Positions 20,474-30,295 of a stretch of 37,333 bases of DNA are shown piece by piece. Under the pieces are notes generated by a model. The model was given only the letters and a program-made list of their open reading frames with translations. It ran no database searches and had not been told where the DNA came from. This stretch comes from a virus. Its lineage: Duplodnaviria > Heunggongvirae > Uroviricota > Caudoviricetes. Each line of letters opens with the position of its first letter. Position 1 is the first letter of the stretch. The stretch lies in IMG/VR virus record IMGVR_UViG_2563366859_000002. One strand, 5' to 3'. Both the position numbers and the translations under genes were made by a program.

Positions 20474-20716
20474 TCATGCTCCGGTAGTGAACAGGTCTAA
20501 CGCTTCCTTCGATTTACGCACCGCTTCGATAGTGCGGGTCGTGATATCTGAATTAGCGCCGCCTGACTGGAAGTGAATTTTGAATGGCTCAAGCTTCAAC
20601 TCGTCAGTGCCAATGAACTGAAATGCTTCTTCTGCGGCTGCGTTCTGGTTCATGACCAGTTTATAAATCTCTAACTGGAATTTCTGTTCTTCAGTCATGG
20701 GAATAATCTCTGCCAT
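20474..20716 (-). CDS. Hypothetical 80-aa protein
   Basis: ORF abutting the 63-aa gene with a 1-nt gap; no motif recognised. Confidence 0.4.
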   Translation of the reverse strand: MAEIIPMTEEQKFQLEIYKLVMNQNAAAEEAFQFIGTDELKLEPFKIHFQSGGANSDITTRTIEAVRKSKEALDLFTTGA

Positions 20717-21073
20717 TGTTGGCTCCGTTTATCCGTTAAAAGGGATATCAGTTAAGTTATCCCGTGTAGGGTATAAGCCATTGTCGAGACCACTCATTGA
20801 ATGGTCTCTGCAATAACCGATGTCTTTCCATCAGTCCGCCACCACAAAGAATCTTTTTTGCCATAAGGCAGGAGGTTCATCTTTCAGTGGCTGCCGGTGT
20901 TATTTCCCCACTTACTGGCTTGGGTTGCTTCGTGGTACTGCCGTAACTGGTTGCCAAGAATAAATTCCGGTTTCATTATCAAGCCCACCCGTAGATGGGC
21001 TTTGTAATGGATAGCCGTTGCTCAGTTCTCGTAATGCTTTGATTTTTCCGATAACGCAGTTTTGCGTTTGCCA

Positions 21074-21595
21074 TCAGCACGCGATATCGAGAGTCAACTG
21101 CAGTTGCTCGCGCCAGTACTCAACATTTGCTTCAATAACCGGCTTATCCCATCGCCAGCGAGCCATCTCTCTTGCCCCATTGCTGGCTTTTGATTTCCGG
21201 TCATCGCGAATGCGACATGCTTGCTCATATTTCTGCTGCTCAGTCAGTTCACCGCGAAGCAGACTATCAATGTGCAGGTCGCACCACACAGCAAAACGAG
21301 CATCACACCAACGGGCAAATGCAACTGAAAGTTTTGGATGTAGCCACGTACCACCACCCCTGTCCTTTCGTGCCTTGCTGGTTTTTACATACCTCGATTG
21401 TGAGGGATGTAAAATTTGAGATTCTTTCCCGGTCAACGCTTCGTCTAAAGCACGAACGTATTCAAGCGTTTCTGCCAAACGCATCCAGTTATCAATGCGT
21501 TTCCCAAATCTCTCAGCAACACCTGTGACGTTGATCCAACCATCAGTGTTGAAACTGACAATTTCACCTTTGTAATTAAGTGGCACGATATTCAT
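21074..21595 (-). CDS. KilA-N domain protein, 173 aa (moron between lysis cassette and terminase)
   Basis: KilA-N-like N-terminal region WINVTGVAERFGKR...WLHPKLSVAFARW. Confidence 0.6.
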   Translation of the reverse strand: MNIVPLNYKGEIVSFNTDGWINVTGVAERFGKRIDNWMRLAETLEYVRALDEALTGKESQILHPSQSRYVKTSKARKDRGGGTWLHPKLSVAFARWCDARFAVWCDLHIDSLLRGELTEQQKYEQACRIRDDRKSKASNGAREMARWRWDKPVIEANVEYWREQLQLTLDIAC

Positions 21596-21709
21596 AACGT
21601 TTACCTACCATTTGAAATGAACCTTTGCCGCATAGGAAACCAGCCCACCGAGGCTCGCCAGCACTAACTGGCATCCTCAAAGGCCCATTCCAAAGGGGCA
21701 GGTTCGGTG

Positions 21710-21766
21710 TAAAAAACATGCGTTGCGGTACGCATTTATTGCAAAAAGCCCCGCATCGCGAGGCTC
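21710..21766 (-). terminator. Two tandem rho-independent terminators after Rz
   Basis: Minus-strand stems AGCCTCGC/GCGGGGCT and ATGCGT/ACGCAT, each followed by a U-run. Confidence 0.55.
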
Positions 21767-21796
21767 ATTAAATTGACTTTGTGATTTGCAAAAAAA

Positions 21797-22234
21797 TTAT
21801 TTCAGGCATTGCGTCCTGATGTATTCCTGCAGGTAGTTAACCTGCGCGGTTATCTTGTCGATTCCACTTCGGAGACGGTAATAATTGAGTTCAGCATCTG
21901 CTGTAAGTCTTGGGCTTTCTCCATCGCCCATGCCGCTGGCTCCGGTCTTTGACTTTGCACAGGAGGCGGCGACTTGCAGCCGCTTACGCCCAGCAGAAAC
22001 ATCATCACGGAGACTTTCGATAGTCGCGTTAGCATCAGCAAGCTCCTTTGTATATCTGGCATCGAGTTCTGCTACATCACGTTGACGCTTCTGCATATCA
22101 GCGATGATGGATGTGGATTTATCGCGCTGGTCTTTGTAGGCGATGGCGTTATCACGGTAATGATTAACAGCCCATGACAGGCAGACGATGATGCAGATAA
22201 CCAGAGCGGAGATAATCGCGGTGACTCTGCTCAT
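21797..22234 (-). CDS. Rz: Rz i-spanin, 145 aa
   Basis: N-terminus [31 protein letters not shown] matches lambda Rz. Confidence 0.9.
   Translation of the reverse strand: MSRVTAIISALVICIIVCLSWAVNHYRDNAIAYKDQRDKSTSIIADMQKRQRDVAELDARYTKELADANATIESLRDDVSAGRKRLQVAASCAKSKTGASGMGDGESPRLTADAELNYYRLRSGIDKITAQVNYLQEYIRTQCLK
21850..22035 (-). CDS. Rz1: Rz1 o-spanin lipoprotein embedded in the +1 frame of Rz, about 61 aa
   Basis: Signal peptide with lipobox VSGC followed by a Pro-rich segment; exact start uncertain. Confidence 0.6.
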   Translation of the reverse strand: MLTRLSKVSVMMFLLGVSGCKSPPPVQSQRPEPAAWAMEKAQDLQQMLNSIITVSEVESTR

Positions 22235-22707
22235 ACCTCAATCTCTCTGACCGTTCCGCCCGCTTCTTTGAATTTTGCAATCAGGCTGTCAGCCTTATGC
22301 TCGAACTGACCATAACCAGCGCCCGGCAGTGAAGCCCAGATATTGCTGCAACGGTCGATTGCCTGACGGATATCACCGCGATCAATCATCGGTAAAGCGC
22401 CACGCTCCTTAATCTGCTGCAATGCCACAGCGTCCTGGCTTTTCGGAGAGAAGTCTTTCAGGCCAAGCTGCTTACGGTAGGCATCCCACCAACGGGAAAG
22501 AAGCTGGTAACGTCCGGCGGCTGTTGATTTGAGTTTGGGGTTTAGCGTGACAAGTTTGCGAGGGTGATCGGAGTAATCAGTGAATAGCTCTCCGCCAACA
22601 ATGACGTCATAACCATGATTTCTGGTTTTCTGTCGTCCGTTATCAGTTCCCTCTGACCACGCCAGCATATCGAGGAACGCCTTACGTTGATTATTGATTT
22701 CCACCAT
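22231..22707 (-). CDS. R: Endolysin R (lytic transglycosylase), 158 aa
   Basis: Protein resembles lambda R closely; identical length. Confidence 0.92.
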   Translation of the reverse strand: MVEINNQRKAFLDMLAWSEGTDNGRQKTRNHGYDVIVGGELFTDYSDHPRKLVTLNPKLKSTAAGRYQLLSRWWDAYRKQLGLKDFSPKSQDAVALQQIKERGALPMIDRGDIRQAIDRCSNIWASLPGAGYGQFEHKADSLIAKFKEAGGTVREIEV

Positions 22708-23014
22708 CTTCTACTCCGGCTTTTTTAGCAGCGAAGCGTTTGATAAGCGAACCAATCGAGTCAGTACCGATGTAGCCGATGAACACGCTCGTTATATAAG
22801 CGAGATTGCTACTTAGTCCGGCGAAGTCGAGAAGGTCACGAATGAACCAGGCGATAATGGCGCACATCGTTGCGTCGATTACTGTTTTTGTAAACGCACC
22901 GCCATTATATCTGCCGCGAAGGTACGCCATTGCAAACGCAAGGATTGCCCCGATGCCTTGTTCCTTTGCCGCGAGAATGGCGGCTAACAGGTCATGTTTT
23001 TCTGGCATCTTCAT
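22691..23014 (-). CDS. S: Holin S, 107 aa, with dual-start MKM motif
   Basis: [39 protein letters not shown]... matches lambda S. Confidence 0.95.
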   Translation of the reverse strand: MKMPEKHDLLAAILAAKEQGIGAILAFAMAYLRGRYNGGAFTKTVIDATMCAIIAWFIRDLLDFAGLSSNLAYITSVFIGYIGTDSIGSLIKRFAAKKAGVEDGGNQ

Positions 23015-23307
23015 GTCTTACCCCCAATAAGGGGATTTGCTCTATTTAATTAGGAATAAGGTCGATTACTGATAGAACAAATCCAGGCTACTGTGTTTAG
23101 TAATCAGATTTGTTCGTGACCGATATGCACGGGCAAAACGGCAGGAGGTTGTTAGCGCAACCTCTTGCCACCCGCTTTCACGAAGCCAGCCATTGCGCTG
23201 GTTTTCTTTTATGCAAAGCACACCGCACCGTAGCCACAGCGGATAAGGTGATTATTTTTGTCTGTCTGGTATTTGGCTTGATGTGCTTTCAGAAAGGTCG
23301 TGATTAA

Positions 23308-23342
23308 AACGCAAAAAGCCCCGAGCTATTAACTCAGGGCTT
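23308..23342 (-). terminator. tR'-like terminator ending a short PR' leader RNA
   Basis: Minus-strand stem GCCCUGAG/CUCGGGGC followed by UUUUUGCGUUUU. Confidence 0.6.
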
Positions 23343-23369
23343 TATTTAACGAGTGCATTTATCCATCGT

Positions 23370-23410
23370 TAGGTCAAATTTACCCAACTTTATTCAAAAA
23401 GTCAATATTA
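23370..23410 (-). promoter_or_regulatory. Late promoter PR' with qut region
   Basis: TTGACT-17bp-TAAATT on the minus strand, nearly identical to the lambda PR' sequence. Confidence 0.65.
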
Positions 23411-23447
23411 TGCCGTTAATATGTTGCCATCCGTGGCAATCATGCTG

Positions 23448-24071
23448 CTAACGTGTGACCGCATTCAAGATATTGTCTGCAATTGACTCTTCCTTGTGGC
23501 ATTGCACCACCAGAGCGTCATACAGCGGCTTAACAGTGCGTGACCAGGTGGGTTGAGTAAGGTTTGGGATTAGCATCGTTACAGCGCGATATGCGGCGCT
23601 TGCTGGCATCCTTGAATAGCCGACACCTTTGCATCTTCCGCATTCTTTCTCAACAACTCTCCCCCACTGCTCTGTTTTTGCTATATCAACCACACGGCCT
23701 GTACCGTGACAATCTCTGCATCTTGCACCCGGCGTCGCGGCACTACGGCAATAATCCGCATAAGCGAATGTTGCGAGAACTTGCAGTACCTTTGCCTTAG
23801 TATTTCCTTCGAGCTTTGCCACACCACGGTATTTCCCCGATACCTTGTGTGCAAATTGCATCAGATAGTTGATAGCCTTTTGTTTGTCGTTCTGGCTGAG
23901 TTCGTGCTTACCACAGAATGCAGCCATTCCAAATCCGGCCTGTGATTGTGCCATCCCCATAGCAGCCATCACATCAGTACCGGAAAGAGAGTCAGAAGCC
24001 GTAGCCCGTGGTGAGTCGCTCATCATCGGGCTTTTTGGCGAATGAAATTTAGCTACGCTTTCGAGTCTCAT
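23448..24071 (-). CDS. Q: Late antiterminator Q, 207 aa
   Basis: MRLESVAKFHSPKSPMMSDSPRATASDSLSG... is essentially lambda Q. Confidence 0.95.
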   Translation of the reverse strand: MRLESVAKFHSPKSPMMSDSPRATASDSLSGTDVMAAMGMAQSQAGFGMAAFCGKHELSQNDKQKAINYLMQFAHKVSGKYRGVAKLEGNTKAKVLQVLATFAYADYCRSAATPGARCRDCHGTGRVVDIAKTEQWGRVVEKECGRCKGVGYSRMPASAAYRAVTMLIPNLTQPTWSRTVKPLYDALVVQCHKEESIADNILNAVTR

Positions 24072-24256
24072 GGTCTTCCCCTCTTGCCCTGTCTGACCAT
24101 CAGGACGCCGTTAACTATTACGTGACGCTCACCTTTGCTGTCTCGGTTGTACTTGAGCACTGTTCCTCTTGCACAGGAAAGCATCCTCGCCACTTCGGTC
24201 TGATTGCCTCGTGTCTGGATAAGAAGCTCTGGTATCGTTTGAATTGTGGCGTTCAT
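24068..24256 (-). CDS. ninH: NinH-like protein, 62 aa
   Basis: ETYGNQTEVAR-type motif similar to lambda NinH. Confidence 0.75.
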   Translation of the reverse strand: MNATIQTIPELLIQTRGNQTEVARMLSCARGTVLKYNRDSKGERHVIVNGVLMVRQGKRGRP

Positions 24257-24615
24257 GCGCTCTCCAGTTCGGTGATTTTTATTCCAAGCCGTCCGCCTGG
24301 TACTTTCACACCACGAATTACGCGAATGTCATCGAATTGCTCGTCGTCTTCCGCAAATCCGGCGTGGATAAGGGAATCGAGTAAACCTTTCAGGATGTTA
24401 TCGAGGTCGCGGCGGCGGGAGTCTGGAACGTCTGCGATTACTTTGATGCGGAGTCGTGATTTGGTGAAAATGTCTAACTTGAGTTGGCGGATGATTTGCT
24501 GAACGTCTTTTCGGTATTTCTGGCCTTTATCGCTGATGTAGTATTGGCTTCCCCGTCTTCGCCAGTAGGTGTTCACCGACGGCGGGTATGGAAGCACAAA
24601 CTGATATTCGTTCAT
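24253..24615 (-). CDS. rusA: RusA Holliday-junction resolvase, 120 aa
   Basis: RusA motifs PPSVNTYW and DRRRRDLDN. Confidence 0.85.
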   Translation of the reverse strand: MNEYQFVLPYPPSVNTYWRRRGSQYYISDKGQKYRKDVQQIIRQLKLDIFTKSRLRIKVIADVPDSRRRDLDNILKGLLDSLIHAGFAEDDEQFDDIRVIRGVKVPGGRLGIKITELESA

Positions 24616-24902
24616 GGCTTAATCTTCCCCTCCTTCAGCAGTATCGCCTGCGTCCTGATTACGCCTTCGAGGTGGCAAAGTCTGGCGTCTTTGTTGTCGA
24701 GGTTATGGGTGCGTCGGTCGATTTCATCGTGACACGCGCTACAAGCCCATGCGCCGATCAGGTCGTCAGGCTTCATTCCCGTTCCGCAAATTCCAGCCAT
24801 CCTGTAATGTGCCAGAACTGTAGTTTCAGGATTACCATTGCATACGCCGTAAATACGTACCTGGCATTCTCTGCCGCGTGCTTCTTTGCGTAGATTAGCC
24901 AT
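24612..24902 (-). CDS. DUF1364 (YbcO-like) Cys-rich protein, 96 aa
   Basis: Cys-rich small protein directly upstream of rusA, as in DLP12-type nin regions. Confidence 0.6.
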   Translation of the reverse strand: MANLRKEARGRECQVRIYGVCNGNPETTVLAHYRMAGICGTGMKPDDLIGAWACSACHDEIDRRTHNLDNKDARLCHLEGVIRTQAILLKEGKIKP

Positions 24903-25107
24903 TTACCTTCCCTCGCAATTGAAGAATTGACTGAAGGTCTTTTTTAATAAATATGCGAGTGCGAATTGAGCAGTAGTTTTCCTTCATTCTGGCGTAGTAA
25001 TAGTCTTTTCTTTGCTTAAGCTTGTTGGCATCCGCTGTCATCCAGTCTTTTACAGCAAACTTAATTAACCAGCGGTGGCAGAGATACCATTTCAGGTAAT
25101 CATTCAT
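24895..25107 (-). CDS. Hypothetical 70-aa nin-region protein
   Basis: ORF with 8-nt overlaps to both neighbours; no motif recognised. Confidence 0.4.
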   Translation of the reverse strand: MNDYLKWYLCHRWLIKFAVKDWMTADANKLKQRKDYYYARMKENYCSIRTRIFIKKDLQSILQLRGKVNG

Positions 25108-25276
25108 CGTCTTCTTCCTCGTACATTGAACTATTCGGATCGCTCATCAGTTCTGCGCAGCAATCGGAGCACACGTGAACTTCCAGCACATGCAGCTTCT
25201 GACCGCAGTTAGCGCACGTTAAAGCCCGCTCGACGCTTTCTTTCTGGTATTGAAGGGATTGGGATGGGCTAAGCAT
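25100..25276 (-). CDS. ninF: NinF, 58 aa (absent from the ORF track because under 60 aa)
   Basis: [36 protein letters not shown]... matches lambda NinF. Confidence 0.8.
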   Translation of the reverse strand: MLSPSQSLQYQKESVERALTCANCGQKLHVLEVHVCSDCCAELMSDPNSSMYEEEDDE

Positions 25277-25616
25277 TATTGGCGTCCTGCATCATGAGAA
25301 AGACAATCATGGCGGCGCGGAGAGGTCTGGTATCAAATATTGGTCTTACGCCGTTTGCATCCACACACCATTCAGTTAACTGGTCTAAGATAGAAATCCT
25401 GTGTTTCTCAATAATCGGCCATGAGGCACTCGGATCATTGCAGTAGTCAGGTAAATGGTTTAATGGCTCAAAAGTTGTATCAGCGTTTCCGTAATACCAT
25501 TTGTTGGTATTATTCCCTGACGTTTCCGGCTTACATGCCCAAAGGCCTTTAAAAATTATGTCTCCTACCATTCTGTTAATTTCAAAATCACTTAACTGTG
25601 AATAATCCATTGTCAT
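25269..25616 (-). CDS. Nin-region protein, DUF2591-like, 115 aa
   Basis: Position between ninE-like and ninF; commonly found in lambdoid nin regions. Confidence 0.5.
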   Translation of the reverse strand: MTMDYSQLSDFEINRMVGDIIFKGLWACKPETSGNNTNKWYYGNADTTFEPLNHLPDYCNDPSASWPIIEKHRISILDQLTEWCVDANGVRPIFDTRPLRAAMIVFLMMQDANNA

Positions 25617-25789
25617 TTCCTAGCACGATGTCTTAGCCACCGGATATCCCACAGGTGAGCCGTGTAGTTGAAGGTTTTTACGTCAGATTCTTTTGGGGTT
25701 GGCTTGCGTTTATTTCTGGAGCGTTTCGTTGGAAGGTATTTGCAGTTTTCGCAGATGATGTCGGTGATACTTCGTCGCTGTCGTCTCAT
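25613..25789 (-). CDS. ninE: NinE-family protein, 58 aa
   Basis: Internal start [23 protein letters not shown]...; recalled as a lambda nin-region protein, NinD versus NinE naming uncertain. Confidence 0.65.
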   Translation of the reverse strand: MRRQRRSITDIICENCKYLPTKRSRNKRKPTPKESDVKTFNYTAHLWDIRWLRHRARK

Positions 25790-26229
25790 GCCGCCCTGTC
25801 TCCCCATCGCGCTTTCCATTCGAGAGCCAGTCGCGCTTCGTCTGACCACTTAACGCCACGCTCTGTACCGAATGCCTGTATAAGCTCTAATAGCTCCGCA
25901 AATTCGCCTACACGCATCCTGCTGGTTGACTGGCCTATTACCACAAAGCCATTCCCGGCAAGGTTAGGAACAACATCCTGCTGCTTTAATGCTGCGGTAA
26001 ACACACACTTCCAGCTTTCTGCATCCAGCCAGCGACCATGCCATTCAACCTGACGAGAGACGTCACCTAAGCAGGCCCATAGCTTCCTGTTTTGGTCTAA
26101 GCTGCGGTTGCGTTCCTGAATGGTTACTACGATTGGTTTGGTTGGGTCTGGAAGGATTTGCTGGATAGCTTGAATGGCGTTCTGCTGATGGATGGTGCTT
26201 CTTAGTTCAAACGTTAGTTTCCTCACCAT
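25786..26229 (-). CDS. ninB: NinB recombination protein, 147 aa
   Basis: Near-identical to lambda NinB ([33 protein letters not shown]...). Confidence 0.93.
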   Translation of the reverse strand: MVRKLTFELRSTIHQQNAIQAIQQILPDPTKPIVVTIQERNRSLDQNRKLWACLGDVSRQVEWHGRWLDAESWKCVFTAALKQQDVVPNLAGNGFVVIGQSTSRMRVGEFAELLELIQAFGTERGVKWSDEARLALEWKARWGDRAA

Positions 26230-26371
26230 TTACGCTCCTGTAATCGTCAAGTGCAGCTGCAATAGTCCCTATCGGGTCATGGTCTTGCCCGATAATCTCA
26301 TTTACGTTTTCATCTTCTTCCACATCGAAAAAGAATCGCAGGGCTAACATGATTTCTTCGTATGCGCTCAT
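26207..26371 (-). CDS. Hypothetical acidic 54-aa protein
   Basis: Internal start MSAYEEIM with SD AAGGAG. Confidence 0.4.
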   Translation of the reverse strand: MSAYEEIMLALRFFFDVEEDENVNEIIGQDHDPIGTIAAALDDYRSVNGEETNV

Positions 26372-26373
26372 AC

Positions 26374-26640
26374 TCACTCCTTCACTTTGATTCCAGCGGC
26401 GCGAATCCGTCCTTCGCATTCACTAATTGCGTCGTTATAACCAAATGTGACCCCATCCTCGAAATCGGTAGAAAATGCCTCACGCTCTCTTTTTCCAGGA
26501 CACTCAATCTCGATAGCTGCTCGCGATGCCTGCCACGCTTGCCAATACATCTCAACCATATTGGCGTATATTTTATTTTTAGGATCACATCCGGTGTAAT
26601 TTTCAAACCATTCTTCAAACTGCTTTCTTGATTCGTCCAT
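26374..26640 (-). CDS. Hypothetical 88-aa nin-region protein
   Basis: ORF in operon context; no motif recognised. Confidence 0.45.
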   Translation of the reverse strand: MDESRKQFEEWFENYTGCDPKNKIYANMVEMYWQAWQASRAAIEIECPGKREREAFSTDFEDGVTFGYNDAISECEGRIRAAGIKVKE

Positions 26641-26657
26641 CGATACTTACCCTCAGT

Positions 26658-26864
26658 TCAACTCACAAAACGCCACGCCACTTTTGCTACGACAACAGGC
26701 ATAACACCGATAATCACCCACAGGAAAATGCTACCGAAAAGCACACCCACCGGGTCTTTACCTTCGCCTACCAACCGGACAAAACTGCTGGCAACAACAA
26801 TGAACGTCGCCACCATCCACATGGCACCGAGAATCCTCAATGCAGAGAAAATCAACTCAACCAC
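26658..26864 (-). CDS. Small hydrophobic membrane protein, 68 aa
   Basis: Two predicted transmembrane helices; first gene after the terminator following P. Confidence 0.45.
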   Translation of the reverse strand: MVELIFSALRILGAMWMVATFIVVASSFVRLVGEGKDPVGVLFGSIFLWVIIGVMPVVVAKVAWRFVS

Positions 26865-26877
26865 GATTTACTCTCCC

Positions 26878-26912
26878 CCAAATAAAAAGGCCTGCGATTA
26901 CCAGCAGGCCTG
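26878..26912 (-). terminator. Rho-independent terminator downstream of P
   Basis: Minus-strand stem AGGCCTGC/GCAGGCCT followed by UUUUUAUUU. Confidence 0.6.
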
Positions 26913-26936
26913 TTATTAGCTCAGTGATGTAGATGG

Positions 26937-28313
26937 TCATACGTCAGCCCCTTGTGCATATCGTCTGCCACGCGCAGCAGGTGCATTTGATGCTGTGCAA
27001 ATCTGTCTGGCTTCATCCTGGTCACATGCAACAAAGTGTCCGTTACAGAACCGCTGGTAAACCGTACCAAGCGAGCCAAAACGGTTTTTCGTCACGATGA
27101 TTTCAGCAAATGGCGCGGCGCTACTGCTCTCGTCATATACCGCTTCCCGATAGAGCATGATGATTGAGTCTGCGTCCTGTTCAATGCTTCCTGAATCACG
27201 CAAATCTGCGTTTGTCGGGCGTTTGTTTGGTCGCTTCTCAACATCGCGCGAAAGTTGACTTAGGGAGATAACAGGCGTTTTCAGGTCTTTCGCCATCGCC
27301 TTCAGGCTTCCGGAGATGTGAGCAATTGCGAGGTCGTTGCGGTCTGCTTTCGGCTTCTCAATCAGGCCAAGATAATCCGCCATGATGAGTGACAGGTTTG
27401 GATTTTCCTGTTTGTGCCGTTCTGCGATTGATCGTATTTCTTCGACCGATAACCGCGAGGCATCGACTACCCATACATCCAAATCTGCAAGCTGACTCAT
27501 GCCGTTAGCAACACGTGCCCAGCCTTCGTCATCCATCGCTGCAGGATTTCGCAGCACACTAACCGACATCCTCCCGGCGTTGGCAATGCTTCGCTCTGCA
27601 ATCTGCAATGCGCTCATTTCCATTGAGAAAATCAATACTCCGCGCCGGACGTCAGAACCAGGAATAACACGACTTGCAACGCCTTCGGCAATCTTCAGCG
27701 CCAGTTCGGTTTTCCCCATACCAGGACGAGCGGCGATTATCACCAGGTCTTCCGCGTTCATCCCTCCGGTGATGGCGTCAAGTTCTTCGATTCCGGTCTT
27801 CAGGGTATCGGACTCTTCTCCGTTCCTCAGACGCCTGTCAAGCGTGTCAGTGTAGTCAGTTATGATTTCCCCTAACCGTACAGGTTTAACCTCGTCACGG
27901 GGCTTTCTGATGGCTGAAAGACGCTTTACAAGTTCATCCATCGCCTGACTCGATGCGTCGATGGTTCCGCTCTGAATTGGTTCACGCATTTCATCCATGA
28001 TTTCCAGCACCAGACGGCGGTGATAGTTATCCGCGACCATTCCAGCATATCCCTTCAGGTTTGCGGAACTCGGGCAGTTTTTGCTGGTCATCAGGATTGA
28101 CGTGAAATGCTCCTCTCCGCACGCCTCGGCAACCATCAGCGCGTCGATTAGGTTTCTGTTTCGCGCCTGCTTGCGGATAACCTCGAAGGCTTTCCGGTAG
28201 AGCGGTATTGAAAACGCTTCCGGCTCAAGCGTTGCCAGAACGTCACTGGCAATTGGTGTTAATCCACCAATCAGCAGGCCACCGATAACGCTCGCTTCGA
28301 TATCCTGTTTCAT
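26937..28313 (-). CDS. P: Replicative DNA helicase, DnaB family, 458 aa
   Basis: Walker [15 protein letters not shown] and DnaB-like organisation; overlaps the O stop. Confidence 0.9.
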   Translation of the reverse strand: MKQDIEASVIGGLLIGGLTPIASDVLATLEPEAFSIPLYRKAFEVIRKQARNRNLIDALMVAEACGEEHFTSILMTSKNCPSSANLKGYAGMVADNYHRRLVLEIMDEMREPIQSGTIDASSQAMDELVKRLSAIRKPRDEVKPVRLGEIITDYTDTLDRRLRNGEESDTLKTGIEELDAITGGMNAEDLVIIAARPGMGKTELALKIAEGVASRVIPGSDVRRGVLIFSMEMSALQIAERSIANAGRMSVSVLRNPAAMDDEGWARVANGMSQLADLDVWVVDASRLSVEEIRSIAERHKQENPNLSLIMADYLGLIEKPKADRNDLAIAHISGSLKAMAKDLKTPVISLSQLSRDVEKRPNKRPTNADLRDSGSIEQDADSIIMLYREAVYDESSSAAPFAEIIVTKNRFGSLGTVYQRFCNGHFVACDQDEARQICTASNAPAARGRRYAQGADV

Positions 28314-29260
28314 GCAATCCCCCTGTCTGCAAACTTCCCTTCCCGAACTCCCGTTAACGAATCTTCCCTCAGCAGGTAATCAAAATCTGCCGTCCAGCCC
28401 GTGTCGTTGTCTCCGAAGTAAAACGGCTTGGCCTGATGCACAAACGCCCTGACATACGCTCTGAAACCGTCCACGTTTGGCGTTTTCAGTTGCGGGATGA
28501 TTTTCTTCAGGCGGCGTTTGCGTTTCTCGTTGACCGCAACAGCGTGTGGAAGCCTGTCACCGACTTCGGTGTTGTAGGCGTTCAGGAAGGATTCGTAGTC
28601 GATTCGTTCTGCCTTGCGACGTTCAGGTTTAACCTGCCCATCGCCTCCCCCATTGGGGGGTAGGGGGGTATTATTTATATTCTTGTTAATACCTTCTTGT
28701 TCATGATGTGCGGTTGTTTGTGCGGCTTCATGTGCGCTTTCATGTGCGGCATGTACGCTGAAAGCCGCGCCATTACTGGCTTCATCATGTGCGGCATCAT
28801 GTGCGGTTGTTTGTGCGGCTTCATGTGCGGGGGAATTGTCCATTTTTTGAGCGTATTCATGGTAATTTGTGATGGTGATCACACGACCTTTTTGCTTCTC
28901 TCCATCAATGGAGATCATCCCCTCTTTCACAAAAACCTGAAGCATCCGCTCAACCTGATCACGGCTTGCCGGCTTGCCATGCCTGTCGCATAACTGAAGA
29001 CCTAAATCAGCTGCTGTCACAACCAGTTGACCGGGTTGCAGATGCCATTCATGACCTTTGAAATTCGCTTTGTATGGCTTTCTGGCGGCATTCAGGAGAA
29101 GGTTTTCCCACAGGGTGCGAAGATAAACATCTTTCGCCCATGACTGTTTCAGAATGCTCCGGTACAACGGAATGTAACCAGTTTTCTGGTTCTCCATCCT
29201 GTTGCTCCTGCGCTCGTGTGCGGCGCTGAAATCGTAGATTTTTGCTGTATTGCTCATCAC
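28310..29260 (-). CDS. O: Replication initiator O-like protein, 316 aa, with internal origin
   Basis: N-terminus [11 protein letters not shown] resembles lambda O; iterons lie inside the coding sequence. Confidence 0.8.
   Translation of the reverse strand: MMSNTAKIYDFSAAHERRSNRMENQKTGYIPLYRSILKQSWAKDVYLRTLWENLLLNAARKPYKANFKGHEWHLQPGQLVVTAADLGLQLCDRHGKPASRDQVERMLQVFVKEGMISIDGEKQKGRVITITNYHEYAQKMDNSPAHEAAQTTAHDAAHDEASNGAAFSVHAAHESAHEAAQTTAHHEQEGINKNINNTPLPPNGGGDGQVKPERRKAERIDYESFLNAYNTEVGDRLPHAVAVNEKRKRRLKKIIPQLKTPNVDGFRAYVRAFVHQAKPFYFGDNDTGWTADFDYLLREDSLTGVREGKFADRGIA
28650..28835. repeat. Origin iterons: about 8 copies of a TGTGCG(G/C) core in two roughly 45-bp direct repeats, flanked by a G-rich tract and an AT-rich segment
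   Basis: Direct repeats visible at 28701-28736 and 28783-28829; AT-rich 28669-28695. Confidence 0.75.
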
Positions 29261-29532
29261 TACCTGCCTTGACGAAAGACCTTAAGAACATCGTTAAACT
29301 GACTTACGGATATGTCTTCTTTGATCAGCTTTTCCAGAAATGCGTTTGGAATGAACGTATATCCCTCCTCTTTTGGTAGAGACGGGAGCAACGCCCTCGC
29401 CTCAGCCTTCAGAAGCTCAGTTCTGGCAACTTTCACAAAAGAGATTTGAGTTCTTTCATCAATGGAACGAAGGAAGCGCAAACGCTTAGCTTCTTTGTGT
29501 GTATCAGGTGGATTAAAGCCTTTGTTTCGCAT
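29260..29532 (-). CDS. Hypothetical 90-aa protein between cII and O, stop overlapping the O start
   Basis: Internal start MRNKGFNPPD with SD GAGGT; ATGA overlap with the O start codon. Confidence 0.45.
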   Translation of the reverse strand: MRNKGFNPPDTHKEAKRLRFLRSIDERTQISFVKVARTELLKAEARALLPSLPKEEGYTFIPNAFLEKLIKEDISVSQFNDVLKVFRQGR

Positions 29533-29554
29533 ATAATTACCTCGTTGGATGTTA

Positions 29555-29848
29555 TTAAAATTCCATTTGTATTTGATCAGAACGCTCGGTTGCCGCCGGG
29601 CGTTTTTTATTGGTGAGAATCGAAGCAACTTGTCGTGCCAATCGAGCCATATCGTCGTCAACGACGCCCCATTCAAGAACAGCAAGCAGCATTGAGAACT
29701 TTGGAATCCAGTCCCTCTTCCACCTGCTGATCTGCGACTTATCAACTCCCACAGCTTCCGCTGTCTTCTCAGTTCCAAGCATTGCGATTTTGTTAAGCAA
29801 CGCACTCTCGATTCGTAGAGCCTCGTTGCGTTTGTTTGCACGAACCAT
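29555..29848 (-). CDS. cII: Transcriptional activator CII, 97 aa
   Basis: MVRANKRNEALRIESALLNKIAMLGTEKTAEAVGVDKSQISRWKRDWIPK... is essentially lambda CII. Confidence 0.95.
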   Translation of the reverse strand: MVRANKRNEALRIESALLNKIAMLGTEKTAEAVGVDKSQISRWKRDWIPKFSMLLAVLEWGVVDDDMARLARQVASILTNKKRPAATERSDQIQMEF

Positions 29849-29927
29849 ATGTAAGTATTTCCTTAGATAACAATTGATTGAATGTATGCAAATAAATGCA
29901 TACACCATAGGTGTGGTTTAATTTGAT

Positions 29928-29959
29928 GCCCTTTTTCAGGGCTGGAATGTGTAAGAGCG
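29928..29959 (-). promoter_or_regulatory. nutR: boxB GCCCTGAAAAAGGGC (29928-29942) and boxA CGCTCTTAC (29951-29959) on the minus strand
   Basis: Sequence matches lambda nutR as recalled. Confidence 0.85.
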
Positions 29960-29967
29960 GGAATGTC

Positions 29968-30183
29968 TTAAGCGGCTTTGTGTTCCGGAGGGAACACGTC
30001 ATCAAGACTGACTTTTGCGCCTAACTTGTTTAGGCATGCAACAAGAGCGCGGCATGTTTTAAGGTCTGGGAAGCGACGACCAGATTCCCAATGTCCGATA
30101 GCTCCCTGTGTGCATCCAACTGCCTTAGCAAGTGTTGTTTGAGAGATATTCAGTGACTCTCGATATTTTCGTAGGTTGCTCAT
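29968..30183 (-). CDS. cro: Cro repressor, 71 aa
   Basis: Internal start MSNLRKYRESLNISQTTLAKAVGCTQGAIGHWESG (HTH); divergent from cI. Confidence 0.8.
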   Translation of the reverse strand: MSNLRKYRESLNISQTTLAKAVGCTQGAIGHWESGRRFPDLKTCRALVACLNKLGAKVSLDDVFPPEHKAA

Positions 30184-30295
30184 ATGCCCTCCATAGTAAC
30201 CATGAAACAATAATACGATATGTACTTTTAGAATGCAAACAAAAAAATACATCTTGTGCATGGATGGTTTTAGTACAGAGCGTAATAATAAGGGT
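30184..30295. promoter_or_regulatory. OR region with divergent PR and PRM
   Basis: PR-like TTGCAT-17bp-TATTAT on the minus strand; GTACT(A/T)TTTAG-like motifs shared with the OL region. Confidence 0.55.

Noticed and set aside
20717-21073. Possible tRNA or small coding gene in the 357-bp gap
   Set aside because: No cloverleaf-compatible arrangement seen by eye; the only minus-strand ORFs are under 30 aa with weak start contexts. Left as an unexplained non-coding region.
29260-29841. 193-aa ORF spanning the cII region
   Set aside because: Its 5' half overlaps the lambda-like cII gene in another frame; only the 3' part from the internal start at 29532 is plausible.
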